A DNA stretch of 64,000 bases from Geosiphon pyriformis uo1 (Eukaryota; Fungi; Glomeromycota). This document shows, one piece after another, positions 22,801 to 35,566 of the stretch; position 1 is the first letter of the stretch, and every line of letters begins with the position of its first letter. The stretch spans positions 1,193,650-1,257,649 of the forward strand of contig JAAOMT010000129.1 of assembly GCA_016748015.1 (NCBI GenBank). The letters run 5' to 3'. A program made the position numbers and the translations under genes. The notes below the pieces were generated by a model. It did no database searches. It was not told the DNA's origin and saw only the letters and a list, made by a program, of their open reading frames with translations.

Positions 22801-25726
22801 GCTGTTTCTGTGTTAGTATGTCTGGGTGGTTTGCTGAACACTTAGTTGAATTCTCTTTGTAGACAGGTGAATAAGGATCACTAGAAGTTTGATTTTAAGG
22901 GGGCTGATAATGCAAAGTGGGGCAAGTTTAAAAATTCTATGGCAGCCAATGCTGCTATGTTCTCTGATAATTTTACTATTTCCAAGCAATCCTTAGACTT
23001 GGATGTAATATAAGATATGGTTTGCAAGATTATAATACTTTCGGCTAATGAGATATTCAAGAAGAAATGATTTAAGAGCTTTGATAGTATTTTTACTAGA
23101 GAATCTTCTAGGTTTCATAAGCTAGAGCTTTTGGTCTCAAAAATTGCTAAGGCCTTTCATGAGAAGGATATTGATAGATTCACTTTTCTTATGGACCACT
23201 GGAATTTTTTGGACAGTGTTATAGCTTCAATTGTGCAAGAAATTGTGAACTCTGGTACAGGTTTTGATCATGTACACTCAGCTCTTTTTAGTGTGCAAAA
23301 GACATATCATGTCTCTAAGCTTGCTGAGTTTTTGCAAGCTGAAGAATCAAGAATAAGATCAACTATTGATAAGTAGATGGAGAATTTTGCAGTTAACAAA
23401 GGTAACACAATCAGGAGTGTACTGGAGCGTCTTTTTCGAAAGGTGGTTTTGGACCACCTGGTGGTTGAAGATAAACTAATTCTGGAATCTGACTTAGTTA
23501 AAACCAAGGTTGATGTTATCATGAAAGGTTAAACTAGGAAGCATAATGTGGTGAAAGATTTTTCTGGTGATTAGTCTTATCAATATCGGCCTTTGGAGTA
23601 TGTTTTTGATAATGCTTTTTCAAATATTATGTGTTCAGTTGGTTTTGATGAGCTATTTGGAGTGGTTTTTAATCTGTTTAATGACAAAGCTGCTGGTCTT
23701 TCTGGAGTGTCAAACAAGCTTTGAAAGCATTATGACAAATTGGTCTTGGATATGCTTTTGGTGCTTTTGAACTCCTGTTTGTTTTGCGAGTCTGTGCCTA
23801 ATGCTTAAAAGGAAGCTTGAGTATTGATGATTCCAAAACTGTATGAGTAGAAAGAAGTTCTTACAAACACTTGACCTATTGTTTTAATTGAAACTGCCCA
23901 CAAAATCTTTTCCAAGATTTTCTTGGACAGAATTTCTTTGGCATGCAGCTCTTTTGATGTTTTGCATGGAAACAATTTCTTAGTCCTAAAAAGTATGACA
24001 ACACAATCTTCCATTTTTGCTGTAGATTCAATTATTGAGGATGCATTGGAAAAAAACCATGAATTCTGGTTGGTCTTGCAAGACATGTGAAAAACTTATA
24101 ACTCTGTCAGGTAAGAGCATCTTAGGAACAGTTTAGTTAGAATAAAGATGTGTGACAAGTTCATTAGATTTTTTGGTGATATTCATAATAGTTGTGTTAA
24201 TAGGATAATGACAGATTTTGGTCTAACAGATAGATATCAAATGCATAATGGTTTGAATCAGGGGGAAGTGTTCTTACCACTTTTCTGACACATATTTTAT
24301 GATTCTCTTTTGTGTAAAGTTAAAAAACAGAAAAGCATATGTAGTTATAGACTAAACTTTTATTTTATTGCCAGATCTGGTCATATAGAATCTTAGACTG
24401 AATTAACATCTTTTTTTGCTGCTGGTGCTTTTGTTGATGACACAATCTGGATTGGTAACAGCCAAGCTGCAACCCAACACATTTTTGATGTTGCTAGTGA
24501 GTTTTTTCATATCAATGACATTTCTATTAACAATGACAAGACAGTGGTAATTCTTATTAATTGCAGAGTTACATATTCTAAGTTGTTTATTAGTGGTTCA
24601 CCTATATCCATTGCCAAAAAAAGAGAGTTTTGTCACTACCTGAGAATTTTTTTGTCAACTGAGAGTTTATCAAAGCCTAACCTGGCTAAGGCAAATTCTA
24701 ATGTTAGGTTTTTCACCAATCTGGTTTTAAAAAAGGCCATTTCTAATAAACAATTTTCATATCTGGTGTCAGCAGTTCTCTACCCTATTGTCAGCTACAG
24801 AACACAGTTCAGTTTTGTTTCTATTGGTATGTGTAATAAGTAAGATTTTTTGATTCACAGGAGCTTAAAGCTAAAGTCCAGTTTACCTTTTGATTTTCTC
24901 AATAATGCACTTTATCATCCTTCATTGTATGATTTGAAAACTTTTGAGCAAGTCCAAGCTAAAAGCAAGATTGCTTTTATTATGTGTTTTACAAACTCTG
25001 TTGAGATTTTGGGTCAGTTGTTTTTTTATAGGTCACATAATTTGCAGGTTTTGTCTTGGAATACACTCCATCTATTGGTGTCCTTAGCCTGTATTAAAAT
25101 CAGTGCTTCTAATAATTTTTTGGCAGATTTGGTTTGCATTTTTTTTGGGTATGGTTTGTCTCTAGGTGGTCATGTGAACAATTTTTTTTATTTTCATGAT
25201 GGAACTCTTATGTTGTCTGTTTTTAGTGAAACTAGTTACTTTAAGTTTTTTTCATTACTTCAAAGATATGGTATTGCTTTTGTTGAACAGCTCTGTGGTA
25301 AAAATGAGGCTGTTTTTGATTGGAGAACATTCAAGTATTGAAAAAGACTGGACCCACATGACCCTATTCCTGAATGGTTTAAACTTTCTGTTGACTTTTT
25401 TAATGGTGTTGCTCTTTTTTCTGTCTGTTTTTCTCCTGTGGGTGTTGTTGAGTCTTTTGATATTTTAGAATCTAGTGAGTTTGAATTGGTTTCCAGTTAG
25501 TTATTAGGTCTTGGAAATAACAGCCTTTCTGTCTATATGAATGGATCTCTAAGGGACTTGGGAAGTGTTGACATAAAAGCTGGTACTGTGGTCTTTTTTG
25601 AGAATATAAGCCTGGATTTAGAGGTCAGGGTTTTTGGTTTAATGTCTTCTACTTTGGCTAAATTGCAGGCTATCATACTGGCTTTTGAGTGTGTTCCTCC
25701 TAATAGCTCAGTTAGTGTCTTTACAA

Positions 25727-26707
25727 TGTTACCAAACAAAATTAGAGATATTATTTAGCATGAAATTATCTTATAAATCCTATCATTAATTAGCATATAT
25801 TATCGTTTCAAATTATCACTTATTACATTAGCAAAATGTCCGAAATTATCATTTAATTAATAACCCAATTTATACACAACACAAATGTAACCTAATTGCA
25901 ATAATCAAATCATGCAATACCCCGAACTATGTAACATTCAAAAGTTCGCCAAAATTTGTAGAAATTTGTCAAAATAATTGATAGTTCACTGAAATATCTA
26001 ATAGTTTGCAGAAATAACTTGTAGTTCGCCAAAATGTATCTTTAGTTCAGTGAAATTGTAGAAAATAGCAAAGTTCAAGTTCATAGAATAGTGTTATAAC
26101 AAGTTGTATAAAAGAAGAGCATCTCTCTTCGAAAAAATGTATCTTACTTTAGATTTATCACTTAAAACCATTCCTATATACACAAAAAGAAATAAATATC
26201 AAATAATTCGAAAAACCAAATTTTTTAATTATTGCACTTGAAAAATTCCCAAAACCCAACTAACATTTTGAAATTGATTAGCTACCAATTTCAGTAAACT
26301 GTTAATGACTCTAGGCCTGGATAAAAAAACGTTTCCCTTGATAAAATCCTATTTCTTTTACATTTCTTTTATTTTTTTTTTCTTTTTTTATTACAATCAT
26401 TAAGGTAGCCTACAGACAAGATTCCTGTAGAAAAGTTGACTTTCACAGCAAAGTAACTACACATTTTTTGTGAGCTTCCAGATGAGCAATTCCTGAGAAA
26501 GAGTTGACGTTTACTACAACATAACTACATAAAGCAACTGGCATAGAATTGGCCATTCCACTTATAAGCCCAGCAAGTTCAAATTATAAGAGATAATTTA
26601 AAGATAAATTCAGTTACTGGAGGTCCAACTACTTCCTGGAAACGTGAATTCACAACAAATCAACATTAACAACATTTAAGAAAAGAGACCAAAAATCTCC
26701 AGTAACA
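25727..26707 (+). repeat. 5' LTR
   Basis: TGTTACC...GTAACA; direct repeat of 34586-35566. Confidence 0.97.
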
Positions 26708-26708
26708 T

Positions 26709-29700
26709 TTGGTGCTCTCTTACAGAAATAACACAGCAACAACAAAATTCAAAGTGGTGACCACACCAGACGCAACAACTCTAGAGTATTACCAATTAAT
26801 TTACATTCACTGCAAGCAAAGATTCAACATTCCAGATGGAATTGAAGTTGTCAAGAAATTAGTATACCAATACATTGAAAACTGCATCAACAATTATCTT
26901 TTTGGAAATTACAATATCTCAGAAGTTAGAAGCAATCTTTACAATAATTTAGCACACTATTCACAGTTGGAAACTGAAGACCTTAACAGTGAAACACTTG
27001 CCACTTATTTTCACAAACTTAATTTTAACATTATCAAATACTGTAAAGAAACATATCCAGTGCAGTCTCAATACTCTATTGATTTTGAATCGGAAACAGA
27101 AACAAGCAACAAAGGCAAAAACAAATTAAAACAATACTCAAAAACCACCCCAAATACTCCAACACTACCAAAAACAACTGCCAAACATTTACAAACACCT
27201 GAACAAAGAACCAGTTTAAAACTTCCACTTACTATCACACTTTTTCCAGCTTCACTTGCACAAGCACAAATGCCTAATTCACCCTTGAATCGATTTGCAA
27301 GACCAAAAGATTTTACATCACTCAAAAGTCCCATCAGACAACAAGAACCCCTTTAAACTAATTCCAATCTTCTTGACTTTCTAGCTGAAAATCAAAGTGA
27401 ACACTCTAAGACAGCAGCAAACGAAAAAAATGAACCTGAAATATCTGAAGAAAAATCAATAGACAGTGAAAACAAAGAAGACGAAATGACAACATACATT
27501 GCAAAAATCCCTGAATTTAATGGAGAAGACATTGAGACCAGTCCCCAAGAATGGCTCGACCAAGTTACTAAAGCTGGAGATGCAAATGGATGGAATGCTG
27601 CCAGAATGTTAAGAACAATTCCCTACTTTCTCAAAGAAACAGCATGAGAATGGTTTGAAAACTTGGCCGTCCCATTTAATAATTGGAACGCTTTCAAAGC
27701 AGTCTTCCTTGAACAGTTCACCAACAATAATACCTCCATTACCCTTCACAATCATTTTCGAAATATCAAACAAGAACCCTCTGAATCTGTTATGACTTAT
27801 ATTGGGAAATTCAACAAACTTCTCAAACGAATTCGCCAACTCGAAACAAACAATTATTATTCTAATGCTCAAATCTTGGATTAATTTATCACTGGTCTAA
27901 AAGATAAACTAATTAAAAAGGTTCGTCCATATGCACCAGAAGATTTAAACTCTGCCATACAGTATGTGAAAAGATACAAAATGGCCATGGAAGAGGCCAA
28001 TTGCACAAAACTTGTAAATTTGGCAATTGGAGAAACCAGCTCAGCAGCTAAGGAAAAAATTGACCAACTCACAAAGAAGGTTGAAAACTATTTCACCCAT
28101 CAACAACAACAGCAACCCCAAAGATATCAACCACTCCAAAGATGAAATCAAAATAACTTTGCACTACTTTCCAATAACCAGCCTCAGAATTGCCATTACT
28201 GTGGAATCTCTGGCCACTGGAAAAAAGATTGCAGAAAGCTACAACAAGACCAACAAAATAGGAGTAATCAACGTTACTCTCCACTACAGCAATCTTATTA
28301 TCAACCACTACCACCAGCTTATTATCCACCAAGACCCCAATACCAAAATAACTATTATTAGCCTGCCCCACAGCCAATCCAATAGCAATACCAACAACCA
28401 CCCACACAACATTATCAAGTACCTGCTCGAAAACTGATTACACAAAATCAATTCATACCACAAAACCGATACCAAGTAAACAACAATAGAATCAGTTCGA
28501 ACAACCAATTGGTTTCCCGAAATTCCATTCAACCAAGACCCAACCACTACCATACTCAATCCAGTTATTTAACAATGCCAGAAGAACAGGATTTTCACCA
28601 TACTGCACCCTCAAAAGATAGCACTGCACAACAAAACCCTTCCTATACTCCCACCAGCCAGAATTGCTGAAAATGCTAACCTTTCAGATATATTCCCTTT
28701 TGAGTTCGAAGCAAATGAGTTACCATTTCTGCTTAGCAATGCAGCCGCCAATAAACAAAAAGCAATCATGGCTATGTACACTGAAACAGAAGTCGAAGGA
28801 AAGACAATTCGCTTGATTCTAAACAGTGGATCTGCCGGAAGCATTATTACCTACTAGTTAATGCAACAGTTGAAGAGAAATGTCGACCGACCAGCTTAAA
28901 CAGTAATTGTCACTGCTGATGGCATGAAAAAGACCCCAGTAGGAGAAATTGACAATTTTCCATTCACTCTTAATGGAATCATCATTTCAGTCAAAGTTTT
29001 TGTAATAGATGCACCCCAGTACCAAGCTCTTGTCAAAAATGATTGGCTTCAAAAAGCCAATACTAATTTGAATTGGGAAACACAAGAGTTAACAATCTCC
29101 TACCAAGAACAACATGCCTGAGTACCTGCCACTTATGGTACATTCAATAAATGCTCTGAAAAAGCCCCGGCTTTTGAATTCAAACCGGAAGAGGAAAAAC
29201 CCCTCATTGAAACATTCATGGCTCTTAAATCAATGTCCAACTGGACTGATGAAACAGAACAAGAACATTTTACCCCACACTGTGAACCCGAAACCTCTGG
29301 ATGAAATATACCTTACTCAAAACCTGAACCAAGAAAACAATGCCCCTATATTCCCCTTAAATGTAAGGACTGCTACAAGAAACTATCATCAATGGGGGCC
29401 TGCATTTTACCTGAACAAGAATATGAAAATCATACTTGTTATTACTGCAAGGCTTGCCACAGAGAACGATAGGGCCATCTAATAAAAAGAAGCGGAAAAT
29501 GGGACAACACCCCTTGTTTGACTTGTGGAAATATGCTACTGGAAGAATGCAATTGAATTGATGTAGCCATAAGAGGAGGAGTCTGTAATCAAATCTGCCA
29601 ATATGCTTTATCAATTTCAGAAAAAGTCAAAGGAGGAACGCCCTTTGATGCAGTATACAACAGTGCTTTCAACAAACTGTACCATTACCCTTATGATGCC

Positions 29701-32700
29701 GAAATGATTTTCGACCTAGCAATGGCTTTAATCAACGGAGCCACTCAAGAAACTGTTTGTCAAATAAAAAAATCAGAATACATTGCATACACCTTTGAAA
29801 TTGCTGGATACAATTATGAAGATGAAGTAAAAGTATATTACCAAATTGCCAGTCACACTTATCTAACCAAAGAAGCTCAAATTCAACAATTAGAGCAAAT
29901 GAACATTAGGCTATGTGAAAAATGCATTGTGTTTTGTGATGAACAGTGGTGTCCTGAATGCTATGTTCTTAGCATCCCCTTGCTCAGTGAAAATGATAAG
30001 AACAAAATTGAATTTGGAGAACCTAAAGCAATAGAAGAAATTGAAACAACACCCATCTATCTTATCAAAAATCAGCCTGCCTTACAACTCAAATACTTCA
30101 ACAACAATGGACAAGAAATAAAACCCAAAAAAGCATATAAAATTAATGCTGGATATGACCTAAGATATCCAGACAAGAATACTTTTGTTTTCAAACCCAA
30201 ATCTTTCACAAAAATCAACCTCAAAATTGCACTCGAAATTCCGCCAGGAGCAATAGTTCAAATTGCCTCCCAGTCCTCTCTGGCAAGCAAAAGAATCAAT
30301 GTCAGAAGAGGAATAATTGATGCTGGATATATGGAAGACATTACAGTGATGCTTCAAAATGAAACTGACAAACCATTCAAGATCGACCATGATGAAAAAA
30401 TTGCCCAAGCTATTTACCTACTCCTAATTAACATTGTGGGTTTGCAACTAGTCAATTAAAGAGAACAATTAGAAAAAAGTGATAGAGGAACCCAAGATTT
30501 TGGTTTAACTAGATGATTCACAGTTTCAGTTAATATAGCTCTTAATACACAGAACAAATCCCACCAGATTTTCAGACTTCTACAACCAATTATTATTTCA
30601 CCCTTTAGAGAACATCCGGAAATCTACACCTGCCCAAAGCCAACAACCACACAACAAATTTTTGAGTCCAATAAACAAGTCTGCTTGGAACATAATATTT
30701 TGATTTCAAACATTTATATTCCAGAAGGAACAAAGAAAGTCTGAGTTACTTTTTACAATCCCAACAATTACCCCATAATTTTATTAAATAATTTAGAAAT
30801 TGGAGTTATTCACAGTAATATATTTCAACAAAAATTACCCCAAACAGTTCCCAATTTCTCTGAAATTATTGGACATTCACTACCAAAAATCAATCCAAAC
30901 CCCAGCTCCGAAAACTACCATGTTGTCATGGAAAAACTATCTCGAATCAACATAGGACAACTTGAACCACAACAACAGACCCAGCTCAAAGAGCTAATTG
31001 CAGAATTTGCCAATATTTTTGCTGAAAACAAGAATGACTTAGAATGAACTGATTTGGTCTAACACCAAATTTATACAGAAGATGCCAAACCAAGAAGACA
31101 ATAAGCATATCGAGTTGCTCCAGAAAGCCACCAATTCATCCGAGAAGAAGTACAACAAATGCTTAACAATGGGCTCATCCAACTCTCCATGAGTCCTTGG
31201 ACTTCACCTGTAGTGCTAGTTAAAAAAAAAATAGAAAGATCCAATTTTGTGTTGACTATCGACAACTCAACAGTGTTATAATTGGAAATGCCTACCCTCT
31301 TTCCCAGATTAATGACATGTTAGATGCCCTTGGAAAATCCAAATACTTTTTAACACTAGATTTAGAAAGTGGTTACTGGCAAGTTGCTATGGATCTTAAA
31401 GATTGCCCCAAGATAGCATTCACCACCCAAGGCAAAAATTACGAGTTCAATGTAATGCTTTTTGGATTATGCAATACACCAGCAATGTTTCAGAGATTAA
31501 TGGATGTTGTGTACCAAGGACTTCTTTGGAAGTCAGTAGTTGTTTATCTTGACGATACTGATGTTTATTCTCTATCATTCAAATTATACTTAAAACACCT
31601 GCAAAAAGTTTTTCAATGATTATGAAAAGCAGGACTAAAACTCAACATTGAAAAATGCTACTTTGGAAAAACAAGCTTGGCCTTCCTTGGGCATATTATT
31701 AGTAAAGATGAAATCAAACCGGACCCTGGAAAAATCAGCATTATCAAAAACTTCAAAACTCCTCGAAACATTACAGAACTAAGAAGATTCATAGGATTAG
31801 CATCCTACTATTGGAAGTTTATCAAAAGATTTTCGGAAATTGCAAAACCCCTCAACCAGCTCACCACCAAAAACGTTGAATACAAATAGACTATCAAACA
31901 CCAAAAAGCTTTTGAAATTCTCAAGGAAAAACTGACAACAGCTCCAATCCTCGCCTACCTGGATTTCAGCAACTGATTTCGATTAGCAACAGATGCCTCT
32001 TATACTGCCTTTGGTGCTATCCTATCACAATTGGATGACAATAGAAATGAGCGAGTAATTGCCTATGCCAGCAGAACATTAAAACCAGCTGAGAAAAATT
32101 AACCTGCCACAGAACTAGAAACAGCAGCCATAATTTGGGCCCTATACCACTTCAACTTTTATCTCAGGCCTAAAGAATTCGATATTATCACTGATAATAT
32201 TGGACTCAAATAGCTTCAGAATAAAAATACTCAGCTAAATGCAAAACAAACCCGATCGACAGGATTTCTAGCAAACTATCGATACATAGTACATCACAAA
32301 CCAGGAAAACTCCACACCAATGTTGACTGTCTCTTCAGAATAAGACAAGATTAGAAAACACAAAAAACCAACACTCAACTTAACCAACCAAAAGAGCCAA
32401 CAAAAAATGAATTCAGAAAACTACAACAATCTCAAACAATATTTGGAAACATTAACAATCCCAACAGATTGGTCTCTAGATGAAAAACATTGACTACAAC
32501 AACAAGCCAAACAATATTTTCTACACAACAACATTATTTATTATCGAAATTTCAAAAACCCAAACAAACTACTCAGATTAATACAAGAACAGGAAAAAAA
32601 AACCATATTATATAATATGCACTCAGATCCTTCATTAGCACACTTCAGAAAAGATAGCACCACCCAAAGAACACTAGAATACTATTTTTGGCCTCAAATA

Positions 32701-33792
32701 AGAAAAAACATTCATGAATATGTTGAATCTTGTGATAGTTGTCAAAGAAGAGGAGGAACACGTTCTACTGAACCATTAAATCCAATCAAAGTTGGACAAC
32801 CCTTTGACTGAGTTGGTATCAATTTAGTCAGACCACTATCTATTACCACTCAAGAAAACCGTTATATTGCAGTAGCTGTAGACTATCTTACTAAATGGCC
32901 TGAAGCCAGAGCCATTCAATGAACAGATGCGAAATCAGTAGCAAATTTCATCTATGAAGACATCATTTGTAGACACGAATGTCCAATTGAACTTTTATCT
33001 GATCAGGGGACACACTTTGTGAACAACCTAATACAAGAAATTTGCGAACAATTCAATGTCAAAAGACCTCTGTCTTCACCTTACCATCCACAAACAAATG
33101 GATTTGTGAAACGTTTTAACAGAACATTGTGTGAGTCATTAGCCAAAGTCTCAACCGATTTTGAGTAAGAGTGGGATATCTTTATTCCATTAGTGTTGCT
33201 AGCATACAGAACACTAAAACAAGATATCACAAAACACACACCATTTGATTTAACTTACAGAAGGACAGCAACATTACCAATTAGTTTCACAGTGGAAACA
33301 TACCCAGCACAACCAATTGATGAAAACAATTTCCAAGAAATGCTTCAGCGAAGAGCCTACACTCTGCTTAGCACATTGGAAGGAAAACAACAAATAGCAG
33401 CCATCCATATTGAACACTCCCAAGCTTGACAAAAAGAACAGCATGATGACAAATTGCCTCCAGTCACCAATGAATTTAAAATCGGAAACAAAGTTCTCTT
33501 ACACAGAACTAAAGCTGAAAAACAATGGAATGGAAAATTTGAAAATAAATGAGATGGACCATTCTTTATTCATGAAGTCCTAGGCAACGGATCATACAAG
33601 CTAAGACTTGATGACAAAATCCTAGCAAAAGTTGCACATGGAGATCATTTGAAACACTATCATTCCAGAAACAATCCTGAACCATTAATTCCACAAATTG
33701 GTACATATTCCTCTTTAGTCAATCCTGAAGATATTCCCTGAAACTTAGAACCAATAGTTGTCATTGAACAATCTTCCAATCTGAACACTTAA
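26709..33792 (+). pseudogene. Gypsy gag-pol polyprotein (disrupted) including a dUTPase domain
   Basis: Domain motifs as listed for the element; protease DSG appears as NSG, and the integrase catalytic D and E appear as N and K. Confidence 0.92.
26710..26721 (+). promoter_or_regulatory. Primer-binding site (TGGTGCTCTC...); primer tRNA not identified
   Basis: TGG 2 nt after the 5' LTR, complementary to a tRNA ending ..GAGAGCACCA. Confidence 0.75.
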
Positions 33793-33898
33793 TTTAATTT
33801 TACTAGTTATTCCCTTATAATTTAAAAACAATCAAAACAAAAATAACATAAAAACCCATACACCAAAAATAATTTTCTTTTATTTCAAATTTCTTATA

Positions 33899-34574
33899 AT
33901 GACTATTCTTCAAAACATTCAACAATTATCCCAAAAACTAATGTTAGCTTTAAAAACAATACTCGAATTATCCATTACTGTTACTAAAAACCACATTAAT
34001 TATACCCAAACAGAAGTAGTTACAAATTTAGCTCCAAATTCACAAAAATATCACCCATATAAGAAAAACACAAGAAGTTATTCTGGAATTCATCTGCCAG
34101 AACTTTTAAAGCTTGCTTTAAAAAAAAACCTAATGCTCACTCTGATTAGTATTCCACCAAATGCTACAATTCAACAAAGACTTCAACTGTGTCTTAATGA
34201 GGAAAACACTGAATATCCTCCAATCTATAGATATTTCCACATTGGAAAAACACTCTATGAACAGAAACTGGAACTTACAACAGCAAACCTCACAAAAGAA
34301 GCTATTTAGAAACAACTCCACAACAAATTCAAGACAACAGCTGGACCAACAAACAGTTGCTACAAGCTCAGAGCTGCTCTTAGACTTTATGACCTATTTC
34401 ACACCTGTGAAAATGTCCTACAAAACCAATTTTACGACCTTTGAAGATTCAATACATTGGAAAGCTCACAGAACTGAAATTTCAACAATTTTCAAACCAA
34501 ATTTCTTTAATAATTTTGGATTACTATCTGGAAATTACAGACAGTACTTGGACTTCAACGGAACTCAGTCTTAA
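33899..34574 (+). pseudogene. Extra ORF3 of unknown function between pol and the 3' LTR
   Basis: Own ATG at 33899; frame continues past a TAG (..YFHIGKTLYE..EAI*KQLH..RAALRLYDLF); ends next to the PPT. Confidence 0.6.
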
Positions 34575-34582
34575 GGAGGAGG
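34573..34582 (+). promoter_or_regulatory. Polypurine tract AAGGAGGAGG
   Basis: 3 nt upstream of the 3' LTR. Confidence 0.85.
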
Positions 34583-34585
34583 TTA

Positions 34586-35566
34586 TGTTACCAGACAAAA
34601 TTAGAGATATTATTTAGCAAGAAATTATCTTATAAATCCTATCATTAATTAGCATATATTATCATTTCAAATTATCACTTATTACATTAGCAAAATGTCC
34701 AAAATTATCATTTAATTAATAACCCAATTTGTACACAACACAAATATAACCTAATTGCAATAATCAAATTATGCAATACCCCAAACTATGTAACATTCAA
34801 AAGTTCGCCAAAATTTGTAGAAATTTGCCGAAATAATTGATAGTTCACCGAAATATCTAATAGTTCACAGAAATAACTTGTAGTTCGCTGAAATATATCT
34901 TTAGTTCAGTGAAATTGTAAAAAATAGCAAAGTTCAAGTTCATAGAATAGTGTTATGACAAGTTGTATAAAAGAAGAGCATCTCTTTTTGAGAAAATGTA
35001 TCTTACTTTAGATTTATCACTTAAAATCATTCCTACATACACAAAAAGAAATAAATATCAAATAATTCGAAAAACCAAATTTTTTAATTATTGCACTTGA
35101 AAAATCCCCAAAACCCAACTAACATTTTGAAATTGATTAGCTACCAATTTCAGTAAACTGTTAGTGACTCTAGGCCTGGATAGAAAAACGTTTCCCTTAA
35201 TAAAATCCTATTTCTTTTACATTTCTTTTATTTTTCTTTTTTTTTCTTATTATAATCATTAGAGTAGCCTACAGACGAGATTCCTGTAGAAGAGTTGACT
35301 TTCACAGCAAAGTAACTACACATTTTTTGTGAGCTTCCAAATGAGCAATTCCTGGGAAAAAGTTGACATTTACTACAATGTAACTACATAAAGCAAATAG
35401 CATGAAATTGGTCATTCCACTCATAAGCCCAACAAGTTCAAATTATAGGAGATAATTTGAAGATAAATTCAGTTACTGGAGGTCCAATTACTTCCTGGAA
35501 ATGTGAATTCACAACAAATCAATATTAACAACATTTAAGAAAAGAGACCAAAAACCTCCGGTAACA
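34586..35566 (+). repeat. 3' LTR
   Basis: TGTTACC...GTAACA; direct repeat of the 5' LTR. Confidence 0.97.

Larger units (their letters stand above)
25727..35566 (+). mobile_element. Complete but defective Ty3/Gypsy LTR retrotransposon (9.84 kb): gag-PR-[Cys-rich]-dUTPase-RT-RH-IN plus a 3' extra ORF
   Basis: Two 981-bp LTRs, PBS and PPT. Gag KIPEFNGED..PQEWL; CCHC 28191-28232; PR LILNSGS about 28813; dUTPase about 30090-30510; YLDD 31545; TDAS 31989; H2C2 32617-32745; SDQG 32998; GPF motif. Many stops and frameshifts. Confidence 0.97.

Noticed and set aside
25941-26056. Regularly spaced repeats as a CRISPR array
   Set aside because: The period is only 20 bp with no unique spacers, it is part of an LTR present three times, and there are no cas genes.
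33600-33792. Chromodomain at the integrase C-terminus
   Set aside because: Only a short tail follows the GPF motif, with no chromodomain signature.
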